Made by a program: the position numbers and the translations under genes. Below, one piece after another: positions 24,701 to 39,900 of a DNA stretch of 64,000 bases. The notes under the pieces were generated by a model. That model was not told where the DNA came from, searched no databases, and saw only the letters and a program-made list of their open reading frames with translations. The DNA comes from Leptogorgia sarmentosa (Eukaryota), in assembly GCA_964658305.1 (NCBI GenBank), contig OZ210885.1, forward strand, positions 16,306,001 through 16,370,000, in the 5' to 3' direction. Positions within the stretch are counted from its first letter, which is position 1. Each line of letters opens with the position of its first letter.

Positions 24701-27700
24701 ATTGTTACACGTTTAAAAAGTGTAACTTCCATCAACAAATGTCTACAACCATACCAGTAGGAAAATACCGGTTCTCGTCTGATCACCGAAGTTAGGCCTA
24801 GGTGGGAAAAGTTAGTACTTGGATGGGTGACCACCTGGGAATACTTTGTGTTGTAGACTTCCTTCATTTTATTGTATGTGTGTTTGTAAATAGGTTTGCT
24901 TTCAATTTCAACTTCAGCGTTTTGTTATTGTTTACACGTTTAAAAAGTGTAACTTCCATCAACAAATGTCTACGAGCATACCAGTAGGAAAATACCGGTT
25001 CTCGTCTGATCACCGAAGTTAAGCCTAGGTGGGCAAAGTTAGTACTTGGATGGGTGACTACCTGGGAATACTTTGTGTTGTAGACTTGCTTCATTTTATG
25101 GTATGTGTGTTTGTAAATAGGTTTGCTTTCAATTTCAACTTCAGGGTTTTGTTATTGTTGCACGTTTAAAAAGTGTAACTTCCATCAACAAATGTCTACG
25201 ACCATACCAGTAGGAAAATACCGGTTCTCGTCTCATCACCGAAGTTAGGCCTAGGTGGGAAAAGTTAGTACTTGGATGGGTGACCACCTGGGAATACTTT
25301 GTGTTGTAGACTTGCTTTATTTTATTGTATGTGTGTTTGTAAATAGGTTTGCTTTCAATTTCAACTTCAGGGTTTTGTTATTGTTACACGTTTAAAAAGT
25401 GTAACTTCCATCAACAAATGTCTACGACCATACCAGTAGGAAAATACCGGTTCTCGTCTGATCACCGAAGTTAAGCCTAGGTGGGCAAAGTTAGTACTTG
25501 GATGGGTGACCACCTGGGAATACTTTGTGTTGTAGACTTGCTTCATTTTATTGTATGTGTGTTTGTAAATAGGTTTGCTTTCAATGTAAACTTCAGGGAT
25601 TTTGTTATTGCTACATCTGGAAATACTTTGTATTGTTGTTTTGCTAAATGTTATTTAATGCCTATTTGTAAATATAATTCCTTTCAATTTCAACTTCAGG
25701 GTTTTGTTATTGTTACACGTTTAAAAAGTGTAACTTCCATCAACAAATGTCTACGACCGTACGAGTAGGAAAATACCGGTTCTCGTCTGATCACCGAAGT
25801 TAAGCCTAGGTGGGCAACGTTAGTAGTTGGATGGGTGACCACCTGGGAATACTTTGTGTTGTAGACTTGCTTCATTTTGTTGTATGTGTGTTTGTAAGTA
25901 GGTTTGCTTTCAATTTCAACTTCAGGGTTTTGTTATTGTTACACGTTTAAAAAGTGTAACTTCCATCAACAAATGTCTACGACCATACCAGTAGGAAAAT
26001 ACCGGTTCTCGTCTGATCACCGAAGTTAAGCCTAGGTGGGCAAAGTTAGTACTTGGATGGGTGACTACCTGGGAATACTTTGTGTTGTAGACTTGCTTCA
26101 TTTTATTGTATGTGTGTTTGTAAATAGGTTTGCTTTCAATTTCAACTTCAGGGTTTTGTTATTGTTACACGTTTAAAAAGTGTAACTTCCATCAACAAAT
26201 GTCTACGACCATACCAGTAGGAAAATACCGGTTCTCGTCTGATCACCGAAGTTAAGCCTAGGTGGGAAAAGTTAGTACTTGGATGGGTGACCACCTGGGA
26301 ATACTTTGTGTTGTAGACTTGCTTCATTTTATTGTATGTGTGTTTGTAAATAGGTTTGCTTTCAATTTCAACTTCAGGGTTTTGTTATTGTTACACGTTT
26401 AAAAAGTGTAACTTCCAGCAACAAATGTCTACGACCATACCAGTAGGAAAATACCGGTTCTCGTCTGATCACCGAAGTTAAGCCTAGGTGGGCAAAGTTA
26501 GTACTTGGATGGGTGACTACCTGGGAATACTTTGTGTTGTAGACTTGCTTCATTTTATTGTATGTGTTTTTGTAAATAGGTTTGCTTTCAATTTCAACTT
26601 CAGGGTTTTGTTATTGTTACACGTTTAAAAAGTGTAACTTCCATCAACAAATGTATAGGTTTGCTTTCAATGTAAACTTCAGGGATTTTGTTATTGCTAC
26701 ATCTGGAAATACTTTGTATTGTTGTTTTCCTAAATGTTATTTAATGCCTATTTGTAAATATAATTCCTTTCAATTTCAACTTCAGGGTTTTGTTATTGTT
26801 ACACATTGAAAAAGTGTAACTTCCATCAACAAATGTCTACGACCGTACGAGTAGGAAAATAGTGGTTCTCGTCTGATCACCGAAGTTAAGCCTAGGTGGG
26901 CAAAGTTAGTAGTTGGATGGGTGACCACCTGGGAATACTTTGTGTTGTAGACTTGCTTCATTTTATTGTATGTGTGTTTGTAAATAGGTTTGCTTTCAAT
27001 ATAAACTTCAGGGATTTTGTTATTGCTACATCTGGAAATACTTTGTATTGTTGTTTTGCTAAATGTTATTTAATGCCTATTTGTAAATATAATTCCTTTC
27101 AATTTCAACTTCAGGGTTTTGTTATTGTTACACGTTTAAAAAGTGTTACTTCCATCAACAAATGTCTACGACGATACCAGTAGGAAAATATAGGTTCTTG
27201 TCTGATCACCGAAGTTAAGCCTAGGTGGGCAAAGTTAGTACTTGGATGGGTGACTACCTGGGAATACTTTGTGTTGTAGACTTGCTTGATTTTATTGTAT
27301 GTGTGTTTGTAAATATAATTCCTTTCAATTTCAACTTCAGGGTTTTGTTATTGTTACACGTTTAAAAAGTGTTACTTCCATCAACAAATGTCTACGACCA
27401 TACCAGTAGCAAAATACCGGTTCTCGTCTGATCACCGAAGTTAAGCCTAGGTGGGCAAAGTTAGTACTTGGATGGGTGACCACCTGGGAATACTTTGTGT
27501 TGTAGACTTGCTTCATTTTATTGTATGTGTGTTTGTAAATTGGTTTGCTTTCAATTTCAACTTCAGGGTTTTGTTATTGTTACACGTTTAAAAAGTGTTA
27601 CTTCCATCAACAAATGTCTACGACCGTACCAGTAGCAAAATACCGGTTCTCGTCTGATCACCGAAGTTAAGCCTAGGTGGGCAACGTTAGTACTTGGATG

Positions 27701-30700
27701 GGTGACCACCTGGGAATACTTTGTGTTGTACACTTGCTTCATTTTATTGTATGTGTGTTTGTAAATAGGTTTGCTTTCAATTTCAACTTCAGGGTTTTGT
27801 TATTGTTACACGTTTAAAAAGTGTTACTTCCATCAACAAATGTCTACGACCATACCAGTAGCAAAATACCGGTTCTCGTCTGATCACCGAAGTTAAGCCT
27901 AGGTGGGCAAAGTTAGTACTTGGATGGGTGACCACCTGGGAATACTTTGTGTTGTAGACTTGCTTCATTTTATTGTATGTGTGTTTGTAAATAGGTTTGC
28001 TTTCAATTTCAACTTCAGGGTTTTGTTATTGTTACACGTTTAAAAAGTGTAACTTCCATCAACAAATGTCTACGACCATACCAGTAGGAAAATACCAGTT
28101 CTTGTCTGATCACCGAAGTTAAGCCTAGGTGGGCAAAGTTAGTACTTGGATGGGTGACTACCTGGGAATACTTTGTGTAGTAGACTTGCTACATTTTATT
28201 GTATGTGTGTTTGTAAATAGGTTTGCTTTCAATTTCAACTTCAGGGTTTTGTTATTGTTACACGTCTAAAAAGTGTAACTTCCATCAACAAATGTCTACG
28301 ACCATACCAGTAGGAAAATACCGGTTCTCGTCTGATCACCGAAGTTAGGCCTAGGTGGGAAAAGTTAGTACTTGGATGGGTGACTACCTGGGAATACTTT
28401 GTGTTGTAGACTTGCTTCATTTTATTGTATGTGTGTTTGTAAATAGGTTTGCTTTCAATTTCAACTTCAGGGTTTTGTTATTGTTACACGTTTGAAAAGT
28501 GTAACTTCCATCAACAAATGTCTACGACCATACCAGTAGGAAAATACAGGTTCTCGTCTGATCACCGAAGTTAAGCCTAGGTGGGAAAAGTTAGTACTTG
28601 GATGGGTGACCACCTGGGAATACTTTGTGTTGTAGACTTGCTTCATTTTATTGTATGTGTGTTTGTAAATAGGTTTGCTTTCAATTTCAACTTCAGAGAT
28701 TGGTTATTGTTACACGTTTAAAAAGTGTAACTTCCATCAACAAATGTCTACGACCATACCAGTAGGAAAATACCGGTTCTCGTCTGATCACCGAAGTTAA
28801 GCCTAGGTGGGCAAAGTTAGTACTTGTATGGGTGACCACCTGGGAATACTTTGTGTTGTAGACTTGCTTCATTTTGTTGTATGTGTGTTTGTAAGTAGGT
28901 TTGCTTTCAATTTCAACTTCAGGGTTTTGTTATTGTTACACGTTTAAAAAGTGTAACTTCCATCAACAAATGTCTACGACCATACCAGTAGGAAAATACC
29001 GGTTCTCGTGTGATCACCGAAGTTAAGCCTAGGTGGGAAAAGTTTGTACTTGGATGGGTGACCACCTGGGAATACTTTGTGTTGTAGATTTGCTTCATTT
29101 TATTGTATGTGTGTTTTTAAATAGGTTTGCTTTCAATTTCAACTTCAGGGTTTTGTTATTGTCACACGTTTAAAAAGTGTAACTTCCATCAACAAATGTC
29201 TACGACCATACCAGTAGGAAAATACCGGTTCTCGTGTGATCACCGAAGTTAAGCCTAGGTGGGAAAAGTTAGTACTTGGATGGGTGACCACCTGGGAATA
29301 CTTTGTGTTGTAGATTTGCTTCATTTTATTGTATGTGTGTTTTTAAATAGGTTTGCTTTCAATTTCAACTTCAGGGTTTTGTTATTGTTACACGTTTAAA
29401 AAGTGTAACTTCCATCAACAAATGTCTATGACCATACCAGTAGGAAAATACCGGTTCTCGTCTGATCACCGAAGTTAAGCCTAGGTGGGCAACGTTAGTA
29501 CTTGGATGGGTGACCACCTGGGAATACTTTGTGTTGTAGACTTGCTTCATTTTATTGTATGTGTGTTTGTAAATAGGTTTGCTTTCAATGTAAACTTCAG
29601 GGATTTTGTTATTGCTACATCTGGAAATACTTTGTATTGTTGTTTTGCTAAATGTTATTTAATGCCTATTTGTAAATATAATTCCTTTCAATTTCAACTT
29701 CAGGGTTTTGTTATTGTTACACGTTTAAAAAGTGTAACTTCCATCAACAAATGTCTACGACCGTACGAGTAGGAAAATACCGGTTCTCGTCTGATCACCG
29801 AAGTTAAGCCTAGGTGGGCAAAGTTAGTACTTGGATGGTTGACTACCTGGGAATACTTTGTGTTGTAGACTTGCTTCATTTTATTGTATGTGTGTTTGTA
29901 AATATAATTCCTTTCAATTTCAACTTCAGGGTTTTGTTATTGTTACACGTTTAAAAAGTGTAACTTCCATCAACAAATGTCTACAACCATACCAGTAGGA
30001 AAATACCGGTTCTCGTCTGATCACCGAAGTTAGGCCTAGGTGGGAAAAGTTAGTACTTGGATGGGTGACCACCTGGGAATACTTTGTGTTGTAGACTTCC
30101 TTCATTTTATTGTATGTGTGTTTGTAAATAGGTTTGCTTTCAATTTCAACTTCAGCGTTTTGTTATTGTTTACACGTTTAAAAAGTGTAACTTCCATCAA
30201 CAAATGTCTACGAGCATACCAGTAGGAAAATACCGGTTCTCGTCTGATCACCGAAGTTAAGCCTAGGTGGGCAAAGTTAGTACTTGGATGGGTGACTACC
30301 TGGGAATACTTTGTGTTGTAGACTTGCTTCATTTTATGGTATGTGTGTTTTTAAATAGGTTTGCTTTCAATTTCAACTTCAGGGTTTTGTTATTGTTGCA
30401 CGTTTAAAAAGTGTAACTTCCATCAACAAATGTCTACGACCATACCAGTAGGAAAATACCGGTTCTCGTCTCATCACCGAAGTTAGGCCTAGGTGGGAAA
30501 AGTTAGTACTTGGATGGGTGACCACCTGGGAATACTTTGTGTTGTAGACTTGCTTTATTTTATTGTATGTGTGTTTGTAAATAGGTTTGCTTTCAATTTC
30601 AACTTCAGGGTTTTGTTATTGTTACACGTTTAAAAAGTGTAACTTCCATCAACAAATGTCTACGACCATACCAGTAGGAAAATACCGGTTCTCGTCTGAT

Positions 30701-32379
30701 CACCGAAGTTAAGCCTAGGTGGGCAAAGTTAGTACTTGGATGGGTGACCACCTGGGAATACTTTGTGTTGTAGACTTGCTTCATTTTATTGTATGTGTGT
30801 TTGTAAATAGGTTTGCTTTCAATGTAAACTTCAGGGATTTTGTTATTGCTACATCTGGAAATACTTTGTATTGTTGTTTTGCTAAATGTTATTTAATGCC
30901 TATTTGTAAATATAATTCCTTTCAATTTCAACTTCAGGGTTTTGTTATTGTTACACGTTTAAAAAGTGTAACTTCCATCAACAAATGTCTACGACCGTAC
31001 GAGTAGGAAAATACCGGTTCTCGTCTGATCACCGAAGTTAAGCCTAGGTGGGCAACGTTAGTAGTTGGATGGGTGACCACCTGGGAATACTTTGTGTTGT
31101 AGACTTGCTTCATTTTGTTGTATGTGTGTTTGTAAGTAGGTTTGCTTTCAATTTCAACTTCAGGGTTTTGTTATTGTTACACGTTTAAAAAGTGTAACTT
31201 CAATCAACAAATGTCTACGACCATACCAGTAGGAAAATACCGGTTCTCGTCTGATCACCGAAGTTAAGCCTAGGTGGGCAAAGTTAGTACTTGGATGGGT
31301 GACTACCTGGGAATACTTTGTGTTGTAGACTTGCTTCATTTTATTGTATGTGTGTTTGTAAATAGGTTTGCTTTCAATTTCAACTTCAGGGTTTTGTTAT
31401 TGTTACACGTTTAAAAAGTGTAACTTCCATCAACAAATGTCTACGACCATACCAGTAGGAAAATACCGGTTCTCGTCTGATCACCGAAGTTAAGCCTAGG
31501 TGGGAAAAGTTAGTACTTGGATGGGTGACCACCTGGGAATACTTTGTGTTGTAGACTTGCTTCATTTTATTGTATGTGTGTTTGTAAATAGGTTTGCTTT
31601 CAATTTCAACTTCAGGGTTTTGTTATTGTTACACGTTTAAAAAGTGTAACTTCCAGCAACAAATGTCTACGACCATACCAGTAGGAAAATACCGGTTCTC
31701 GTCTGATCACCGAAGTTAAGCCTAGGTGGGCAAAGTTAGTACTTGGATGGGTGACTACCTGGGAATACTTTGTGTTGTAGACTTGCTTCATTTTATTGTA
31801 TGTGTTTTTGTAAATAGGTTTGCTTTCAATTTCAACTTCAGGGTTTTGTTATTGTTACACGTTTAAAAAGTGTAACTTCCATCAACAAATGTATAGGTTT
31901 GCTTTCAATGTAAACTTCAGGGATTTTGTTATTGCTACATCTGGAAATACTTTGTATTGTTGTTTTCCTAAATGTTATTTAATGCCTATTTGTAAATATA
32001 ATTCCTTTCAATTTCAACTTCAGGGTTTTGTTATTGTTACACATTGAAAAAGTGTAACTTCCATCAACAAATGTCTACGACCGTACGAGTAGGAAAATAG
32101 TGGTTCTCGTCTGATCACCGAAGTTAAGCCTAGGTGGGCAAAGTTAGTAGTTGGATGGGTGACCACCTGGGAATACTTTGTGTTGTAGACTTGCTTCATT
32201 TTATTGTATGTGTGTTTGTAAATAGGTTTGCTTTCAATATAAACTTCAGGGATTTTGTTATTGCTACATCTGGAAATACTTTGTATTGTTGTTTTGCTAA
32301 ATGTTATTTAATGCCTATTTGTAAATATAATTCCTTTCAATTTCAACTTCAGGGTTTTGTTATTGTTACACGTTTAAAA
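21765..32379 (+). repeat. Higher-order tandem duplication, 5238-bp period; bounds approximate
   Basis: Private variants AAAATATAGG, GTACACTT, CAGAGATTGG, CGAGCATA recur at offset 5238; ORF starts 24247/29485, 26582/31820. Confidence 0.9.
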
Positions 32380-35300
32380 TGTGTAACTTCCATGAACAAA
32401 TGTCTACGTCCATACCAGTAGGAAAATACCGGTTCTCGTCTGATCACCGAAGTTAAGCCTAGGTGGGCCAAGTTAGTACTTGGATGGGTGACTACCTGGG
32501 AATACTTTGTGTTGTAGACTTGCTTCATTTTATTATATGTGTGTTTGTAAATAGGTTTGCTTTCAATTTCAACTTCAGGGTTTTGTTATTGTTACACGTT
32601 TAAAAAGTGTAACTTCCATCAACAAATGTCTACGACCATACCAGTAGGAAAATACCGGTTCTCGTCTGATCACCGAAGTTAAGCCTAGGTGGGAAAAGTT
32701 AGTACTTGGATGGGTGACCACCTGGGAATACTTTGTGTTGTAGACTTGCTTCATTTTATTGTATGTGTGTTTGTAAATAGGTTTGCTTTCAATTTCAGCT
32801 TCAGGGTTTTCTTATTGTTGCACGTTTAAAAAGTGTAACTTCCATCAACAAATGTCTACGACCATACCAGTAGGAAAATACCGGTTCTCGTCTGATCACC
32901 GAAGTTAAGCCTAGGTGGGAAAAGTTAGTACTTGGATGGGTGACCACCTGGGAATACTTTGTGTTGTAGACTTGCTTCATTTTATTGTATGTGTGTTTGT
33001 AAATAGGTTTGCTTTCAATGTAAACTTCAGGGATTTTGTTATTGCTACATCTGGAAATACTTTGTATTGTTGTTTTCCTAAATGTTATTTAATGCCTATT
33101 TGTAAATATAATTCCTTTCAATTTCAACTTCAGGGTTTTGTTATTGTTACACATTTGAAAAGTGTAACTTCCATCAACAAATGTCTACGACCGTACGAGT
33201 AGGAAAATAGCGGTTCTCGTCTGATCACCGAAGTTAAGCCTAGGTGGGCAAAGTTAGTAGTTGGATGGGTGACCACCTGGGAATACTTTGTGTTGTAGAC
33301 TTGCTTCATTTTATTGTATGTGTGTTTGTAAATAGGTTTGCTTTCAATGTAAACTTCAGGGATTTTGTTATTGCTACATCTGGAAATACTTTGTATTGTT
33401 GTTTTGCTAAATGTTATTTAATGCCTATTTGTAAATATAATTCCTTTCAATTTCAACTTCAGGGTTTTGTTATTGTTACACGTTTAAAAAGTGTTACTTC
33501 CATCAACAAATGTCTACGATGATACCAGTAGGAAAATACCGGTTCTTGTCTGATCACCGAAGTTAAGCCTAGGTGGGCAAAGTTAGTACTTGGATGGGTG
33601 ACTACCTGGGAATACTTTGTGTTGTAGACTTGCTTCATTTTATTGTATGTGTGTTTGTAAATATAATTCCTTTCAATTTCAACTTCAGGGTTTTGTTATT
33701 GTTACACGTTTAAAAAGTGTTACTTCCATCAACAAATGTCTACGACCATACCAGTAGCAAAATACCGGTTCTCGTCTGATCACCGAAGTTAAGCCTAGGT
33801 GGGCAAAGTTAGTACTTGGATGGGTGACCACCTGGGAATACTTTGTGTTGTAGACTTGCTTCATTTTATTGTATGTGTGTTTGTAAATAGGTTTGCTTTC
33901 AATGTAAACTTCAGGGATTTTGTTATTGCTACATCTGGAAATACTTTGTATTGTTGTTTTGCTAAATGTTATTTAATGCCTATTTGTAAATATAATTCCT
34001 TTCAATTTCAACTTCAGGGTTTTGTTATTGTTACACGTTTAAAATGTGTAACTTCCATGAACAAATGTCTACGTCCATACCAGTAGGAAAATACCGGTTC
34101 TCGTCTGATCACCGAAGTTAAGCCTAGGTGGGCCAAGTTAGTACTTGGATGGGTGACTACCTGGGAATACTTTGTGTTGTAGACTTGCTTCATTTTATTA
34201 TATGTGTGTTTGTAAATAGGTTTGCTTTCAATTTCAACTTCAGGGTTTTGTTATTGTTACACGTTTAAAAAGTGTAACTTCCATCAACAAATGTCTACGA
34301 CCATACCAGTAGGAAAATACCGGTTCTCGTCTGATCACCGAAGTTAAGCCTAGGTGGGAAAAGTTAGTACTTGGATGGGTGACCACCTGGGAATACTTTG
34401 TGTTGTAGACTTGCTTCATTTTATTGTATGTGTGTTTGTAAATAGGTTTGCTTTCAATTTCAGCTTCAGGGTTTTCTTATTGTTGCACGTTTAAAAAGTG
34501 TAACTTCCATGAACAAATGTCTACGACCATACCAGTAGGAAAATACCGGTTCTCGTCTGATCACCGAAGTTAAGCCTAGGTGGGCAACGTTAGTAGTTGG
34601 ATGGGTGACCACCTGGGAATACTTTGTGTTGTAGACTTGCTTCATTTTGTTGTATGTGTGTTTGTAAGTAGGTTTGCTTTCAATTTCAACTTCAGGGTTT
34701 TGTTATTGTTACACGTTTAAAAAGTGTAACTTCCATCAACAAATGTCTACGACCATACCAGTAGGAAAATACCGGTTCTCGTCTGATCACCGAAGTTAAG
34801 CCTAGGTGGGCAAAGTTAGTACTTGGATGGGTGACTACCTGGGAATACTTTGTGTTGTAGACTTGCTTCATTTTATTGTATGTGTGTTTGTGAATAGGTT
34901 TGCTTTCAATTTCAACTTCAGGGTTTTGTTATTGTTACACGTTTAAAAAGTGTAACTTCCATCAACAAATGTATAGGTTTGCTTTCAATGTAAACTTCAG
35001 GGATTTTGTTATTGCTACATCTGGAAATACTTTGTATTGTTGTTTTCCTAAATGTTATTTAATGCCTATTTGTAAATATAATTCCTTTCAATTTCAACTT
35101 CAGGGTTTTGTTATTGTTACACATTGAAAAAGTGTAACTTCCATCAACAAATGTCTACGACCGTACGAGTAGGAAAATAGTGGTTCTCGTCTGATCACCG
35201 AAGTTAAGCCTAGGTGGGAAAAGTTAGTACTTGGATGGGTGACCACCTGGGAATACTTTGTGTTGTAGACTTGCTTCATTTTATTGTATGTGTGTTTGTA

Positions 35301-36971
35301 AATAGGTTTGCTTTCAATGTAAACTTCAGGGATTTTGTTATTGCTACATCTGGAAATACTTTGTATTGTTGTTTTGCTAAATGTTATTTAATGCCTATTT
35401 GTAAATATAATTCCTTTCAATTTCAACTTCAGGGTTTTGTTATTGTTACACATTTGAAAAGTGTAACTTCCATCAACAAATGTCTACGACCGTACGAGTA
35501 GGAAAATAGCGGTTCTCGTCTGATCACCGAAGTTAAGCCTAGGTGGGCAAAGTTAGTAGTTGGATGGGTGACCACCTGGGAATACTTTGTGTTGTAGACT
35601 TGCTTCATTTTATTGTATGTGTGTTTGTAAATAGGTTTGCTTTCAATGTAAACTTCAGGGATTTTGTTATTGCTACATCTGGAAATACTTTGTATTGTTG
35701 TTTTGCTAAATGTTATTTAATGCCTATTTGTAAATATAATTCCTTTCAATTTCAACTTCAGGGTTTTGTTATTGTTACACGTTTAAAAAGTGTTACTTCC
35801 ATCAACAAATGTCTACGATGATACCAGTAGGAAAATACCGGTTCTTGTCTGATCACCGAAGTTAAGCCTAGGTGGGCAAAGTTAGTACTTGGATGGGTGA
35901 CTACCTGGGAATACTTTGTGTTGTAGACTTGCTTCATTTTATTGTATGTGTGTTTGTAAATATAATTCCTTTCAATTTCAACTTCAGGGTTTTGTTATTG
36001 TTACACGTTTAAAAAGTGTTACTTCCATCAACAAATGTCTACGACCATACCAGTAGCAAAATACCGGTTCTCGTCTGATCACCGAAGTTAAGCCTAGGTG
36101 GGCAAAGTTAGTACTTGGATGGGTGACCACCTGGGAATACTTTGTGTTGTAGACTTGCTTCATTTTATTGTATGTGTGTTTGTAAATAGGTTTGCTTTCA
36201 ATGTAAACTTCAGGGATTTTGTTATTGCTACATCTGGAAATACTTTGTATTGTTGTTTTGCTAAATGTTATTTAATGCCTATTTGTAAATATAATTCCTT
36301 TCAATTTCAACTTCAGGGTTTTGTTATTGTTACACGTTTAAAATGTGTAACTTCCATGAACAAATGTCTACGTCCATACCAGTAGGAAAATACCGGTTCT
36401 CGTCTGATCACCGAAGTTAAGCCTAGGTGGGCCAAGTTAGTACTTGGATGGGTGACTACCTGGGAATACTTTGTGTTGTAGACTTGCTTCATTTTATTAT
36501 ATGTGTGTTTGTAAATAGGTTTGCTTTCAATTTCAACTTCAGGGTTTTGTTATTGTTACACGTTTAAAAAGTGTAACTTCCATCAACAAATGTCTACGAC
36601 CATACCAGTAGGAAAATACCGGTTCTCGTCTGATCACCGAAGTTAAGCCTAGGTGGGAAAAGTTAGTACTTGGATGGGTGACCACCTGGGAATACTTTGT
36701 GTTGTAGACTTGCTTCATTTTATTGTATGTGTGTTTGTAAATAGGTTTGCTTTCAATTTCAGCTTCAGGGTTTTCTTATTGTTGCACGTTTAAAAAGTGT
36801 AACTTCCATGAACAAATGTCTACGACCATACCAGTAGGAAAATACCGGTTCTCGTCTGATCACCGAAGTTAAGCCTAGGTGGGCAACGTTAGTAGTTGGA
36901 TGGGTGACCACCTGGGAATACTTTGTGTTGTAGACTTGCTTCATTTTGTTGTATGTGTGTTTGTAAGTAGG

Positions 36972-39900
36972 TTTGCTTTCAATTTCAACTTCAGGGTTTT
37001 GTTATTGTTACACGTTTAAAAAGTGTAACTTCCATCAACAAATGTCTACGACCATACCAGTAGGAAAATACCGGTTCTCGTCTGATCACCGAAGTTAAGC
37101 CTAGGTGGGCAAAGTTAGTACTTGGATGGGTGACTACCTGGGAATACTTTGTGTTGTAGACTTGCTTCATTTTATTGTATGTGTGTTTGTAAATAGGTTT
37201 GCTTTCAATTTCAACTTCAGGGTTTTGTTATTGTTACACGTTTAAAAAGTGTAACTTCCATCAACAAATGTCTACGACCATACCAGTAGGAAAATACCGG
37301 TTCTCGTCTGATCACCGAAGTTAAGCCTAGGTGGGAAAAGTTAGTACTTGGATGGGTGACCACCTGGGAATACTTTGTGTTGTAGACTTGCTTCATTTTA
37401 TTGTATGTGTGTTTGTAAATAGGTTTGCTTTCAATTTCAACTTCAGGGTTTTGTTATTGTTACACGTTTAAAAAGTGTAACTTCCAGCAACAAATGTCTA
37501 CGACCATACCAGTAGGAAAATACCGGTTCTCGTCTGATCACCGAAGTTAAGCCTAGGTGGGCAAAGTTAGTACTTGGATGGGTGACTACCTGGGAATACT
37601 TTGTGTTGTAGACTTGCTTCATTTTATTGTATGTGTTTTTGTAAATAGGTTTGCTTTCAATTTCAACTTCAGGGTTTTGTTATTGTTACACGTTTAAAAA
37701 GTGTAACTTCCATCAACAAATGTATAGGTTTGCTTTCAATGTAAACTTCAGGGATTTTGTTATTGCTACATCTGGAAATACTTTGTATTGTTGTTTTCCT
37801 AAATGTTATTTAATGCCTATTTGTAAATATAATTCCTTTCAATTTCAACTTCAGGGTTTTGTTATTGTTACACATTGAAAAAGTGTAACTTCCATCAACA
37901 AATGTCTACGACCGTACGAGTAGGAAAATAGTGGTTCTCGTCTGATCACCGAAGTTAAGCCTAGGTGGGCAAAGTTAGTAGTTGGATGGGTGACCACCTG
38001 GGAATACTTTGTGTTGTAGACTTGCTTCATTTTATTGTATGTGTGTTTGTAAATAGGTTTGCTTTCAATATAAACTTCAGGGATTTTGTTATTGCTACAT
38101 CTGGAAATACTTTGTATTGTTGTTTTGCTAAATGTTATTTAATGCCTATTTGTAAATATAATTCCTTTCAATTTCAACTTCAGGGTTTTGTTATTGTTAC
38201 ACGTTTAAAATGTGTAACTTCCATGAACAAATGTCTACGTCCATACCAGTAGGAAAATACCGGTTCTCGTCTGATCACCGAAGTTAAGCCTAGGTGGGCC
38301 AAGTTAGTACTTGGATGGGTGACTACCTGGGAATACTTTGTGTTGTAGACTTGCTTCATTTTATTATATGTGTGTTTGTAAATAGGTTTGCTTTCAATTT
38401 CAACTTCAGGGTTTTGTTATTGTTACACGTTTAAAAAGTGTAACTTCCATCAACAAATGTCTACGACCATGCCAGTAGGAAAATACCGGTTCTCGTCTGA
38501 TCACCGAAGTTAAGCCTAGGTGGGAAAAGTTAGTACTTGGATGGGTGACCACCTGGGAATACTTTGTGTTGTAGACTTGCTTCATTTTATTGTATGTGTG
38601 TTTGTAAATAGGTTTGCTTTCAATTTCAGCTTCAGGGTTTTCTTATTGTTGCACGTTTAAAAAGTGTAACTTCCATCAACAAATGTCTACGACCATACCA
38701 GTAGGAAAATACCGGTTCTCGTCTGATCACCGAAGTTAAGCCTAGGTGGGAAAAGTTAGTACTTGGATGGGTGACCACCTGGGAATACTTTGTGTTGTAG
38801 ACTTGCTTCATTTTATTGTATGTGTGTTTGTAAATAGGTTTGCTTTCAATGTAAACTTCAGGGATTTTGTTATTGCTACATCTGGAAATACTTTGTATTG
38901 TTGTTTTCCTAAATGTTATTTAATGCCTATTTGTAAATATAATTCCTTTGAATTTCAACTTCAGGGTTTTGTTATTGTTACACATTTGAAAAGTGTAACT
39001 TCCATCAACAAATGTCTACGACCGTACGAGTAGGAAAATAGCGGTTCTCGTCTGATCACCGAAGTTAAGCCTAGGTGGGCAAAGTTAGTAGTTGGATGGG
39101 TGACCACCTGGGAATACTTTGTGTTGTAGACTTGCTTCATTTTATTGTATGTGTGTTTGTAAATAGGTTTGCTTTCAATGTAAACTTCAGGGATTTTGTT
39201 ATTGCTACATCTGGAAATACTTTGTATTGTTGTTTTGCTAAATGTTATTTAATGCCTATTTGTAAATATAATTCCTTTCAATTTCAACTTCAGGGTTTTG
39301 TTATTGTTACACGTTTAAAAAGTGTTACTTCCATCAACAAATGTCTACGATGATACCAGTAGGAAAATACCGGTTCTTGTCTGATCACCGAAGTTAAGCC
39401 TAGGTGGGCAAAGTTAGTACTTGGATGGGTGACTACCTGGGAATACTTTGTGTTGTAGACTTGCTTCATTTTATTGTATGTGTGTTTGTAAATATAATTC
39501 CTTTCAATTTCAACTTCAGGGTTTTGTTATTGTTACACGTTTAAAAAGTGTTACTTCCATCAACAAATGTCTACGACCATACCAGTAGCAAAATACCGGT
39601 TCTCGTCTGATCACCGAAGTTAAGCCTAGGTGGGCAAAGTTAGTACTTGGATGGGTGACCACCTGGGAATACTTTGTGTTGTAGACTTGCTTCATTTTAT
39701 TGTATGTGTGTTTGTAAATAGGTTTGCTTTCAATGTAAACTTCAGGGATTTTGTTATTGCTACATCTGGAAATACTTTGTATTGTTGTTTTGCTAAATGT
39801 TATTTAATGCCTATTTGTAAATATAATTCCTTTCAATTTCAACTTCAGGGTTTTGTTATTGTTACACGTTTAAAATGTGTAACTTCCATGAACAAATGTC